The translations under genes and the position numbers were made by a program. A DNA stretch of 64,000 nucleotides from Antedon mediterranea (lineage: Eukaryota; Animalia; Echinodermata). Within the stretch, counting starts at the first letter, position 1, and every line of letters begins with the position of its first letter. Below the pieces are notes generated by a model. The model was not told the DNA's origin, searched no databases, and was given only the letters and a program-made list of their open reading frames with translations. Where the stretch lies: NCBI RefSeq assembly GCF_964355755.1, contig NC_092680.1, forward strand, positions 4,216,001 through 4,280,000, read 5' to 3'. This document shows positions 38,011 through 50,218 of the stretch, in pieces.

Positions 38011-41000
38011 AGCAAAATGCCTTTGCAGTAAACAAAATATTAAAAAAAAATGAGCCAACTAACACTGTTTACAGGGCATACCGTATGTATAGTTTTTAGT
38101 TGTATTAATTATTACATACACGATACATACATTGAGTGCAAATTTGTAAAAATTTAAATCACTTTCATAATATTTGATTCCATATGATTTTGTTATATAC
38201 TGTATGTTCTATTCTCTCTTTATTTTTTAATAACGGACCACGTATAATTTTGTTATTTATAAAACATCGTGTTCTATTTTTTCAATCTAGGACTAACTGT
38301 TAAAGCCTTGTCTACACTTTCAAACTTTATGTACAACAAAAAATGTGATGTGCCCATATAGAGTATGGACATGATGATGTCATATCACTACCATAGTTGG
38401 GCATATTACACTTTTGTTGTCAAACTAGTTTGATAGTGTAGATATTCACTTGCAGATATCAGAAGATTATTTTATTAATATTGTTGCTGCTTGGTTATTC
38501 TGTTGATAACACATAATGCTATTTGCACTTTGTTGATTATCAACACAAACAAACAAAATCAACTTAGTTTGAATAAACAATTTATATACAAAATTTTAAA
38601 AAATAAGATATCCAAAACGGTTTGATTAATATTAATAATACAGTATATATGTATAATTATATACACTAATACTAATAGACATCTGTTTTATTCGTTTGTG
38701 TTTTTTTCTTATTTTCAGGCATCATTTTTATCCCTGTTGTGTAATACATCTGGACATTATTCACAAATAACTGTTGAAACCCACATCACCACATCGTCAT
38801 TAGCGACAGACAACATCGAGATCAGTATCGAAGAAACGATACTGCCCTCTTGTGAGGAAATGCTCACCAAGAACATATCGAAATGTTGCGCAACTCCAAA
38901 CATTTATAAATCGACATCTAGTGGTCACCGTTTATCTACAACAGAAGTGAGTTTACATAAATTTGTATAATAATGTATGGGTTATGAATAAGCTCACCCT
39001 ACATAATATACAGCAAATCCACCCATATACTGTATTGTAAATTTTTCCTAGATACTAGGCAGACTTGATATTTCAATTTCAATTTATTTCCACAAAATTA
39101 TAACATACATGATATACATTATGACATAATGTTAAACAAGTTTGTTTATAATACAATGAAAAGTAGTTCCGTCATGTGGGGGTTAGGGAAGAGAGTCATA
39201 TTCAAGCACAAAATAAAATGTTGTAATTATAGAATGCAGTACCTTTAAATAGACAAAGAGAAAAATAAAAGAATTCATGATATTAAATATCGGTCAAGAA
39301 TACAAATATATTAATTAGAGAAATTAAGAAATATATTTGATTCATATGTTATTTGAAAAACGATTATAAAATAATAAAAGAAAACAAAATGTATACAATA
39401 ACATGTCCTATTTTATGTACAAGTAAAAAATTTTCTTAACCTTTCAGATTTATTTCAAACGTGTTTTCCTGTCTTATCTGACACTAGTTGTTAATACGCG
39501 TGATGAACTTGCTTTAGCCAGATGTTTCAACGTGCCCGAACGAGATTTAGATCATGCCGCCTTTACCGCCCTCAAACGAGAAGCTCGTCAAAAGAGCATG
39601 CCTATGTGTCAGGTAAAAAATAATACTGTATAATAAAGCTTTTATTTCCTTAAATATTTTTAATTAAAATAGAACGCATTTAATGAAATAAATTGTGACT
39701 TTTCCTGATATGACAACTATTCAACTGTTCAACTGTAGACAGCGACCTCATTTGTAATGAAGATACGAATAGGAAGCAAGAGCTACTCCGCAGACCAATC
39801 ATGTCAGATTGCGCAATACGTAAAAGGTTTGAGTGAATTTGTCAGCCTTATCCAAAAACTGCAAGTGATCATAGAAGAAGAATTGAATCCAAGGTAAATT
39901 AGTTTACAAACACACCTTGCCATAAAATCAATCTTTATTTCCATCAAAACAGTACAAATTATTTTTATGATTATTGCATTTTTAACACTCTCTATCTCAT
40001 TATCTCATTTTGTGTAATTTATGAAACTGTTTTTTCTAAAAAATAGTTCAGCATTGTTGCGGTTGGTCAATCAAATTAAAACAACTTTCCTGAAGGCGAA
40101 ACAAGTGGGGTTTAACAAGGAGATTATTGAACGAGTTGTACGCTATTTGAAGTTATCCATAGGGAAGCTAAGTAGCGGAGACAGCTTGGGAACTCCTCAA
40201 AAGGTTTGTGCTATAAATGTTTTCAAACAGGTCTTAAGCTCTGTCTACACTTTCAAACTTTATGTGATGATGTCATATCACTACCATATTTAGGCATATC
40301 ACTACCATATTTGGGCACATCATACTTTCTTTGTCAAACTAGTTTGATAGTGTAGACAGAGCTTTACTAAATAATATTTAACTGTATTTGATTGTTTATT
40401 AAAGTATCACCTCACCTATCCCATTGCACAAGGCGTATCATATTCTCTCCATCCATCTCTCCCGGTTTCTTGCCATCGCTTCTGCATCTATCCATGATTC
40501 TCATCCCGTTTTCCTTCTTTCCTGTTCATTTCTTTACTCTCTCCACATCACCTTAACCTTGTTTCACACTAGAACGCAACACAAGGACATAAGCACAAAT
40601 AATTTGACCAATCACTATCGATAGTTAACCCGTATGAAATATCGGCCAAAAAATCAATGTGGCCAAGTGTATATAATGGTCTATTAGCCCTTCTTCCGGT
40701 TCACCGCTGAATAAAAATCCCATTTACCGTATTCCTCAATCTTATGTTTATATTATCTGATTCCAGAGTGTTGGAAATGGTGGTAGTATGGCTGGTACAA
40801 AGACTATCAAACTGTTGAATAGACTGCTGGATCAGGAGGCTAGCAAAGTTGCAAGTCGTGTCGATGTATTATGCGATGGAATGGCAAGCCAGGGAACACC
40901 AGTCAGACTCCCCTCCCTTCTCTCAATGTTCAGGTAGGTGGATTACCATATGCATTCAGTTTGTATTTAGTCAGTTTTTTATGGGTCTTCCCCCCCCCCC

Positions 41001-42332
41001 CCCCCACACACACACCAGTTTCCTATCATTGACTACCTCTTTATACATACTGTCATTTTGTGTACACATGGCAACAAAATTGTATGAATTAGGCCATTTT
41101 TTTCTGTATACTCACAGCTTTATACTTTATTTGTTTATAAAAGTATATATTTATTTCAGTTAAGATCATGGGACTGTTGACTCTTGTAGTTACAGTAATT
41201 TGTCATGCAAGTTAGTCTTATTTGAGGCTTAGGGAGTGTAGTAGAAAGAGTCAACCCTGGCACTAGGTTAGGTTTGAGCCCTGAACTTTTTATATAGGTA
41301 GATAACTAACATTTTTCTTATGTTTAATTCCTTTATAGATCACCAGCCATTGCAAGTCCAGATTCACCCGAAAACCAATCCCTAGTAGAAAGACTACTTC
41401 AGAAAGAAGATGAACAAAAGGTAGTTTTGTTTTGCACTGCAAACACTGACATGTTCCAGTGGCCGTCTTCACCAATCACACTTAGGCTAAGGGAAACACT
41501 TAGCCTTAAAATTAAAAAAAATCTCCTATCTAAGTGAATATAATTTAAGGGAAATATTTATTTTACATAATATATATTACTTAATATATATTACTTACTG
41601 TATATTAATACTTAAAATTTAGGGAAATATCTCACTTAAGTGTACTGTAATTGGTGAATACGGTCACAGGTTTTTTTTCTGGTACTGTATGTAGTACTAT
41701 ATATATTCGGCACTTTTTCCTTCTGAACAGTTGATGCAGCCATACTTGATAAGGCCTCTCCACTTTGGCTCTCTCTCTTTGAACTGCGATTGTGGTTGGA
41801 ATTGACAATCTAGTTGTTTATTTTGACTATACATACATTTTTTGTGTACTTTTTATAGTTGCACTTGAATAGAATGGGTTATCGTTCTTGTATGATGTGG
41901 GCCGACCCTAAAGATCTTCAAAAAGACCAGTGCGTGAATGAAGAATACTTGCGAGCTATTAACAATGAATGTACGCAAGACACTCCAAGGAAAAGCTGGA
42001 AGAACACGATATGGGCATCTGATGATAACACTCCAAAAAATATTGGACACAACAGAATTAAAGAAATACTATGCAATGAAAAAAATCAAAACGATACGGT
42101 TATCGGTACTCAATCATGTAATGATTCGTCCAATGGCGTCACGGTTGGTGAAACACCGAAAGGAAGGGGAAAGTCGAAAAGACAACCTTTTAGAGAAATA
42201 AATGAACAGAATGTAATGAAGAAAGCAAAGAGTGAAAAACCAAAAAGTGAGAAACCAAAAAAGAAAAATATAAAGAAAACGATACCACAAATTAAAGGCC
42301 AAAAGACACTTAGTACCTTTTTTAGAGCTTAA
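32110..42332 (+). CDS. PARPBP: PCNA-interacting partner / PARP1-binding protein (PARI); exons 32110-32197, 32577-32764, 33959-34264, 38719-38946, 39448-39612, 39739-39893, 40047-40203, 40767-40933, 41339-41420, 41859-42332; about 669 aa
   Basis: All introns GT-AG with continuous frame; PARI-like motifs ERQTIYSEEDQLLATQLCMADYNRE, YLTLVVNTRDELALA..NVPER...AFTALK, ATSF...GSKSY, VKGLSEF, LLSMFRSP; C-terminal PIP box QKTLSTFF. Confidence 0.9.
32789..32922. mobile_element. MITE family A (truncated)
   Basis: Left TIR and body only. Confidence 0.75.
33657..33728 (-). tRNA. tRNA-like cloverleaf with anticodon ATC (tRNA pseudogene or SINE head)
   Basis: GCCCCAG/TTGGGGC acceptor, GTCT/GGAC D-stem, TCTGC/GCAGG anticodon stem with ATATCAA loop, CCGAG-TTCGAGT-CTCGG T-arm, T5 immediately downstream. 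Confidence 0.55.
34670..35100. repeat. Degenerate tandem repeat, about 130-bp period
   Basis: Four recurrences of GCATGGTATTT.AATGCTCATCACATGTTTAAAG-like block. Confidence 0.6.
36576..38008 (+). mobile_element. 5'-truncated L1/Tx1-clade non-LTR retrotransposon (C-terminal ORF2, 3'UTR, poly(A)) in a PARPBP intron
   Basis: Open frame IIKSLFLP..FKFIWNGKPDKVKR..EGGLKIP..CSFCKEKQETLLHMFFEC (zf-RVT); poly(A) 37980-38008; TSD AAATAAGCAAAATGC at 36561-36575 and 38006-38020. Confidence 0.93.
38304..38442. mobile_element. MITE family A
   Basis: Same TIRs and body. Confidence 0.8.
40237..40363. mobile_element. MITE family A
   Basis: Intact TIRs, TTA on both flanks. Confidence 0.85.
41460..41666. mobile_element. 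MITE family D (Harbinger-like, CWG TSD)
   Basis: TIR TGGCCGTATTCACCAAT; CAG on both flanks. Confidence 0.8.
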
Positions 42333-42421
42333 AATACTTTTCAATTTCATGGTACTGTATAATAATCTGTTTTTCAGTGGAATAACAATACCTGTATTAA
42401 CTTTTTATGAATAATATAGTA

Positions 42422-42584
42422 AGCTCTGTCTACACTATCAAACTAGTTTGACAACAAAAGTATGATGTGTCCAAATATGGTAGTGATGCCAAAATATGGT
42501 ACTGATAATATGACATCATCATTGTGTCCATATATGGGCACATCACATTTTTGTGTCATAAACTTTGATAGTGTAAACAGAGCT
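42422..42584. mobile_element. MITE family A, PARPBP 3'UTR region
   Basis: Same TIRs and body. Confidence 0.85.
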
Positions 42585-42717
42585 TTAGAATGAGCAAAAT
42601 TATATTATGAAGTTATCTTAAATAAATAAAATTAAAGCTTATTTCATTATTTGAACATACAAATGATTGCCCCGTCATTGAGTCAATTTTAACAGGTCAA
42701 TGCCCACTGTTATGTAA

Positions 42718-42879
42718 AGCTCTGTCTACACTATCAAACTAGTTTGACAAAACAAATGTGATATGCCTAAATATGGTAGTGATATGCCCAAAAATGGTAG
42801 TGATATGACATCATCATGTCCATATATGGGTACATCACATTTTTGTTATCACATAAAGTTTGATAGTGTAGACAGAGCT
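42718..42879. mobile_element. MITE family A (cleanest copy)
   Basis: Perfect 23-bp TIR, TAA on both flanks. Confidence 0.9.
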
Positions 42880-45458
42880 TAATACTTAAACAAATACAGA
42901 TTTATTGCTATCATAAAATTTAACACTTTTTTGGAAGTTGGCTCTGGAAAATTCATTTAATATCTTTTCCCCCTTTTCTGTGTATATTTGTTTTGCAGCC
43001 CACATGTTTAATTTATTGATGTAGACACTCTTGTGTTTGGAAATTTCCTTATACAGTAGTGAAATTGTTATCTAAGTTCCCTTTTGTAAAAAAAAAAGTC
43101 TAAAATATTGGATGTTTCCCATTCGGATCATCATAATCCAAGTCATAGTTCTCGAGGAATAAACATAATTTTTATTAGGGAAGTTTTTACAAATGGAATA
43201 TTTATCATGTCATGTGATATTAGACTATATTTAGTAAAATTCCCATTTATGTATTGTTTATAATTTATGATTGAAACTTATTTATGTTTATAATATTGAT
43301 GATGTAATTGTGATGGTGTAAATGTAGAGTTTTTTTAAACCCAGAAATCAATGCAATGTACTTTCAATTATCGTTATAATTAGTGCTGGTTTCATATACT
43401 ATTTATTTGTACTATATTTGTTTACTCGATGGTATATAAAGTTGGTTCGTACTTTCGGTACTGATTTTAACCACCTGATGTAACCCTGTTTACTAATTAA
43501 ATTGAGTCAGATAATTAGTTACGATAATTGTTTTTAATAGCTGAAAACCGGTTGAACAGCTAGAGTACACCATCATAATGTTGAAGACAGGCCGATTTTC
43601 TTTAAAAAATACTATTTTTATAGATTTAATATACGATTATACAAATGTATTGATTTGCGATGAATGGAACATCCCAATCTCTCAGTCTGCCAGAGTTTGG
43701 TTTAACACAAGTACTGTAGGTAAATTTATGAGCCCTTGGTTTAACACATACGGTAGGTAAATATATGGGCCCTTTGAGAATAAACTTGCAATACTTTGAC
43801 AATACTGTAAATAACTATTTTTGGAACTCATTTGAATCGAACATTTCTTACTGTGAATGTTCGTCCTGTTAGATAATAATAAACTGTATTACTGACATTG
43901 TGGATAGGCTCTACTGTTAGATATATAAACACATTATTATATACAAATACACTTTATACTGACAGTTCCTTCTCAACGTTTGTATTAATTAATAATTACC
44001 AAAAATATAAACGTCGTAGTGGTGTATCGTGACATGTACTTTAATATTTCAATCGATTATGACAGTGACAGTTTTAACAAAGTATTAAATCGCAAATGTT
44101 TTACTGTATTTAGAGGTATATTATGTATAGGCTTATAAAACATGAACAAAATATTTCGTTACTGAGTGGATAAAGAATACATTTAAAAATTGTTCCTCTT
44201 TGTACCTATCCGCTTTCCCATCCCTCAACCCTAATGTTACATACAAAACACAAATTGGGTTTCTTTAAATGAGTCCAAATCAAAAATTTGGACTCATTTT
44301 GTGAAAAGTTTCTCCTTCGGAAGTAATTCCCAGGGTGCTAATTTTAGTTGACTACATAAATCATCGTGTCTATTTATTCGTTTCTGTAAACGACAATGTA
44401 TTATAGTCCTGCGGTACGTAGATTTGAAATCGCCAGTTTTGTTACGCTGAAATTACTGTAGGCCTATATTCGAGAACCATCTGTGGGCATGACCTAGATG
44501 GTACGCGAGCGTACCATCTAGTTATTCTAATGTAAACAAATTCTTGAGTTCATGTTTATAATTTTTTTATTAACTTTTACTGTATATATTTTTGTCAATA
44601 TCATGTACAATACATGGTAAATTTTTATGTATAAAAGCAGATTGTTTTCATTATTTTACAGGGTATGTCTGTGCAATTTTATACTTTAGCAATTATTATA
44701 ATATTAAATATTTTTACCAAGTAAAACCAATACCTGCCAGTACTGTACATTGTAAATGTATTATTTGTTAGTTTGTAATAAAATGTAAAAAATACAATCT
44801 GATCTCTTTGTAATGTATTACCCCTTTCACACCAAAACTCTGGAGTTTTGCTTTTGATGTGAAAGGGGTATTAAAGTGTAGGCCTAACATGGTTTCTGAC
44901 TAGCTGGCTATCACATACTTATGACCTTTCAACCTTGAGTTAATGCAAGGTGTTTTGAGCATACAATTAAAAACTGAAGATTATTACTGATGAGAACGTT
45001 TGTACTTTCCCGGCCATATCAACAAGCTAGTGAACTTTTTATAGACCGAGTCGATATTCATCCAAATTAATTTGATCTTGTCCATTTATTTTCATATGAA
45101 CTGAAATGCATTTATAAATAGAACGGCACTCCGAAAGTGCATATCTCCGCCTACTGTAAAATTCTCCTACATACAGTAAGCTTTCACTGGCAAAAAAATT
45201 TTTTTTTTACATTTTTGTGTCTTTCATTACAATCATGGTAATGCGAATTTGGTGTAATGGTTATGTAACCAGCCTTTCAACTAACAATAGATTCAGTTGA
45301 CTAACAATAGAACAGCAACAAACAGGTGAATTTGAAAATAAATTGGTTTATTTAAACTACTCGTATCAAAAAACCTGTACATTTAATCAAATTATGTTTT
45401 AAAATTACAAATTAAAAATTATAACTCTTGCCTCTTGTACAAAAATAAAGTTTTTTGG

Positions 45459-45737
45459 ACAAGTAGTTCTCGAGAAAATGCAATTACAGTTTACTTGTTA
45501 CTTCAAGACTGCTCGCCGGCTTTTTAAAATTCTCTCCAATCTTTCAATACTAGCAGGTCTGAAAATAGTACAAAAAAGTGGTCCAGAATTCGGAACCGGA
45601 TTTAATGGAGTGATTCTTGACTACATATCTATCTGTAGTTTCATTTTGGTAAAGATCTTGCAATACCTTTTTGAGTAATCCTGCTAAAAAACAGACATGC
45701 ACGATCGACTACATATACCACCTTGATGGACGTAAAT
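45459..45737 (+). mobile_element. Helentron-associated (HINE/DINE-like) element; related 3' hairpin CCTCCTTGGCGGAGG at 53883-53897
   Basis: ACAAG start, TTTTGAGTAATCCTGCTA..ACAGACA, terminal hairpin before AT run; recalled architecture. Confidence 0.45.
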
Positions 45738-46202
45738 GAAAAACATGAATACAAAATGTATGCTGTTCTGTTGGCTTAAAAAGCCAATTTAATTTCTTAT
45801 AAAAAAAAATCACTGGAAAACAACCTGCTAAAATACTTTTGTTGTCAAGGAATAATTTCCACTGAAAGGAATATAAATAGCCATAGTGTATGATGTCTCA
45901 TAAAACAACTAGACGTTCACCTCTCAACACAGCTACAGCACAAGAATTGATTCACCAAAATGGAGAGGGGCCACCAAATATGGTCAATAAGGCAAGCCAT
46001 CACATGTCAGACGAACATTGATAAATTTTTTCAGAAATTAATTGTATTGCTATTGACAATCGAGATTATAAAAACAATACAATATGTTGTTTTAATTATA
46101 CACTGTACTAAATAACATTTTCTTCAGATATATAGCAGTCATTTTTGTTCAGAGTGTTTGCTCAGCTGGCATCATGTCACTCCCAAAATGTTCATAAATG
46201 TA

Positions 46203-49200
46203 CTATTTTGATAAAACATATGTATATGTATCAACAGGCATCCACCTTGATTTCTGCATAGCTTCATAAAATTCACCACGATACTTTTGCATAATGTCTG
46301 CATCTATAACACTCATATCTGTTGGTTCTTGTCCATGTTCTACAAAGGAGGTATTATAGAAAATATATTACTGGTCGATAAATCTGGTATGTTTTATTCC
46401 CCTATTTTTTTAAAAAAGCTTTTAGGTTAGTTATAATATTTTTACTATTTCTATGTTATCATGTAAGTCAAGAAAATACTGTAGTGGAGCTATAGCTCGA
46501 TAATTAACAGGCTTGCTTTAAAATCCCAAGGTCTAGGGTTCAATCCTGACCTGTGTTTGGGTTGTAACTCACAGGTCTTTCAACTCCACTCCCTAAGCCT
46601 CAAATGAGACTGGGTGAGTTTGTGTTTGCTGTTGGATGTGTGTGTATGAAATAAAATGAAATAAAAAAACTTAAAATGACTTAAAACCAACTTACCCATT
46701 TCAAATTCATCATCATCTATAGCATATTCTTCAGTGGAATGTTCTTTTGTGCCATCCTAAAATAGATCAAATATTATACACCATTAATTTATACATGTTG
46801 CTGGCTATATTATTCTTTTGCTTGAAGCTCTGTCTCTACACTAACAAACTAGTTTGCGATATTCCAAATATATTACAATACTGTCTGCAGAAAAATAAAA
46901 TAATATAAACAAGTATAATTCAAAATATTCACATCTGTTGTATCATTTTCAGATTGGTAGGTATAATATTGTTCATAATTTGCCGCAGACCACTCGTCCG
47001 TTCCTCCCTGGTTTTTATAATACTGGCTATAGTCTCCTCCAGCTTGCTGCGGCCATTGTTGGTTCCAAGGCCCATTGTACTGAGACTGAGCATATTGTTG
47101 ATTGGCTCCATAGTAACCAGATTGTTGTTGTTGTTGTTTAAAATTTTCAAATGCTCGACTGCAAGAGAAAATACCTCGTTAGCAAAAAAAAAATCTCTAG
47201 TTATTATGTATTTATTATGTTGGTATTTCAATTTTGTCTGATTTGTAGACCATATAACAATAAAAAAAATCTGGGGTAAACTTAATGAGTAAAAAATAAT
47301 TCAACATTCAATTTTTACTAACAATCTTAGTATAATTTTGTTGTGGTTTCCTAAACTTAACTAGTTATACCCTTTTACATAGAGACTACATATTATTTGT
47401 ATCATAATATACTAGAATAGGCTTGTGATCGGAAATGTCCGCTATTTTAGACGCCATTATGTATTTGACCAAAAAGTTGGTGTTCCAAGTTTGTAGAGAG
47501 GTGGCAATGGGTGCTCTCTGAACAAGCTGTTATGTTGGACCTCAGCTTATTATCTAATATAGCAATATTGGATTAATTGCTGTCTAATATAATTCTAAAG
47601 TTAATCCTTTCTATACCACTACTAGTACTACTACGATACTAGTAGAAATAAGAAGTGTAACCTTTTTGGCGTGGCAACACTCAATTTGAGAGTCTTTGCA
47701 CCAAGCCCCGCCGCTCCTTGCATTTCAGCAGCAGCTTTATTCCTTTCCTCTTCATTGTAAAACCTTACAAAACCAAACCCCTTTGGAATTCCACCATCAT
47801 CAAGAACAACTGAAAGATCAAAATATAATATATTAAAGATATATTGTCAGAAAATTATTTTTTTTTTTACAATTTCTTTGTTGAATATGCCATTTTAATG
47901 TCACATAATAGTTGACTTTGACCAAAAATTGGATAGCTAAAAAATGATTTACCTGAAAAAAACTAGTTTAAAGCAAAAAATAGTAATTTTCTGGTTTCTG
48001 GTTAAATTTAACTGTTCATTTTGTCTTTTTATAAGTGAAATCATTATTTTTTTCTCTACGGAAGTGAATGACTTCATTAAAACTGCAAACAAGTTTGATT
48101 CTATAATTCTTGATTTTTCATGATTTTGGGGACAATACATCTTTAATAAAATGATATTGCAGTATGCAAGGTTTCACTTTTTTGGTATTAGTCAGCAGTT
48201 TTTTAAAAATATTTTGTGGACATCTGTTCCAATAATCATAATTTTATTATGGTGATATTTTTTTCTTTCTTTATTTTATTACTTTATCTTGATTTATTTG
48301 ATTCTAAAGAAAGAAACATGTTTGATATAAAAATACAAAGCAACTGATCTTAATTTTTAAACTTTTCATATTCAAGTTACTAACCTTTGGCCCCTTTAAC
48401 ATCTTGGTATCGATCAGCAAAGAAGTCATGCAGCATTAGGTCATCAACCTCTGGTGTAAGGTCACCCACAAATATTGAAAATTCTGGCTTAGGTCTAAAA
48501 GATTTCATTAATAAAAAATATTTATGTAACAATACTATAATTTATTTATATTTGTTGTTTATTAATAAAAAAAATAAACTTACGCCCACTGATGACTAGA
48601 GTCTCTCTGGCAATGATTTAAGCGGAATTTTTTCTGTAAAAAAATGGTGTGAATAGAAAAACATTTTTTTTTAATACGAAATTAATAATAATTTAGATTA
48701 TTCCTCTATAATTAAATATTGTTTGTTATAAATAACTTAAAAAAACTTAAAAGTTATATAACTATTGACATTTTAGCAAAAGCTATTCTGAAAATGTATT
48801 TATTCTGTTTTTAAACTTAGTGATACTTTCAGAAAGTGTACTGTATCAACTTGAAGGGCATACCTCCACCTACATATAATAGTATAATATAATATATAGT
48901 ATAATTCCCCTACATATTATTTACCAAAATATTTGTTTATTATTTTTGTGTCTTAGTGCTGAGTTTGATTATGCTAATTGCACTACAATCTTGTAATAAG
49001 TCAGTTTGGTGTATTGGTTATATATCCAGCCTTACACAGTTGTTCTTTTTTTATAATTTTCATTGATGTTGATGAAATTTCAGATTTGAAATTAAATTTT
49101 ACACACAGTGATAATTCTTACATTTGGCATGCCTGGAATTGGTTTGTTGTTGTATTGCCGTAGTACTCGTGACGCAACATCTTTATTTCCAAAATCAACA

Positions 49201-49940
49201 AAACAGTAAGCATAGCTACTTCCCTCTGGTCTGAAATGAAACCCAAAAGTAATGATAATAAAATAATTAATATTTATTGACAATAACCGAGGAACACTAT
49301 AAAACATAGGAGAGTTGAGGAAGGCATTAATTCTTTCTCCAGTATAAATTCACAGTATTTTACCTGGTTTTTCTTATTACTCGAACATACACTACTTTTT
49401 CTCCCTGATCTTCAAACAGCTTTCTGACAAAGTGCTCATCCATTCCATATTCAAGCTGAAAATAATACCATTTTATAGTTTAACATACAATACATTGTAT
49501 AATAAGAACAAGAATATGCCATATGATTATCATATGGCTGTAATTATTATTTATAAATAATGTAGTTTACTAAAATTTAAAAAAAAAGGGCCAGGGTAGT
49601 AAAATAGTATCTTACAGGAGGCCTACTAGAGGAGAATAGGCCTAGCTAGATTAATAGCTCTTTTTAGATTATACTAGACTAGGCATAGCTAGCTAGGCGG
49701 CCTATAATGCCATAAGCCTAGTCGCAGGGCCCGCAGTGCAGATGTCCTACCAGTAGTACCTTCACCAGGCCTAGCTAGCCAGGCAGGCTAGGCCTTTATA
49801 TAGGCCTATGTTTATATGATATGATAGGCTATATAGGCCTAGGCCAGCTATATAGATGCTATTCATCCCTGCAAATATAATATATTTATACTTACGTTTG
49901 CCATATAAATAGAGCTTGAGGTTGTCGTTTTATTTGTCAT
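46203..49940 (-). CDS. TRNAU1AP: tRNA selenocysteine 1-associated protein 1 (SECp43); exons 49896-49940, 49364-49455, 49122-49230, 48584-48633, 48385-48494, 47662-47809, 46933-47158, 46696-46756, 46203-46339; 325 aa
   Basis: Two RRMs (SIYMANLEYGMDEHF, AYCFVDF; EFSIFVGDLTPEVDD, KGFGFVRF), Q/Y-rich region, C-terminal EFYEAMQKSRWMPVD; splice phases consistent. Confidence 0.9.
46486..46668 (+). mobile_element. tRNA-derived SINE; a related inverted fragment lies at about 41214-41285
   Basis: TAGCTC A box, GGTTCAATCC B box, ACTCCCTAAGCCTCAAAT core shared with the 41.2-kb copy, AAAT-rich tail. Confidence 0.55.
47837..48142. mobile_element. Kolobok-like element in TRNAU1AP intron
   Basis: TTAA TSD, AGATATATTGTC...GACAATACATCT. 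Confidence 0.7.
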
Positions 49941-50218
49941 TTTTGTACTTAAAATATGCCTTTTCAAAAAGAGACTCTAATTAATGTGACCTTATTTCGT
50001 TTGTTTTGACCTTAATAGGCCTACAGGCCTCAATATGTTCATTTTAAAATACTTATGGTATATTCAATTTACTGTTAGACACTTTATATTATAAAATAAT
50101 ATATATTTTGAATCATTATTATTTTTTTATATTTATTAATTTTAAATAAAAGTATAAATATTTAATTAAATTCATAATGGTATTTAAAAGTTTTGATAAT
50201 GCCAAGCATAAATCAAAG
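49941..50218. promoter_or_regulatory. Bidirectional promoter region TRNAU1AP/PAK1IP1
   Basis: Divergent start codons 278 bp apart; AAGATGGCG (YY1-type) overlaps PAK1IP1 ATG. Confidence 0.65.

Noticed and set aside
46929-47241. Track ORFs of 100, 67 and 95 aa
   Set aside because: Wrong frame or strand; the real exon is the Q/Y-rich TRNAU1AP exon 46933-47158
46203-49940. Selenoprotein or SECIS element associated with TRNAU1AP
   Set aside because: No in-frame TGA in the model and no SECIS recognised; the protein acts on the Sec pathway but is not a selenoprotein
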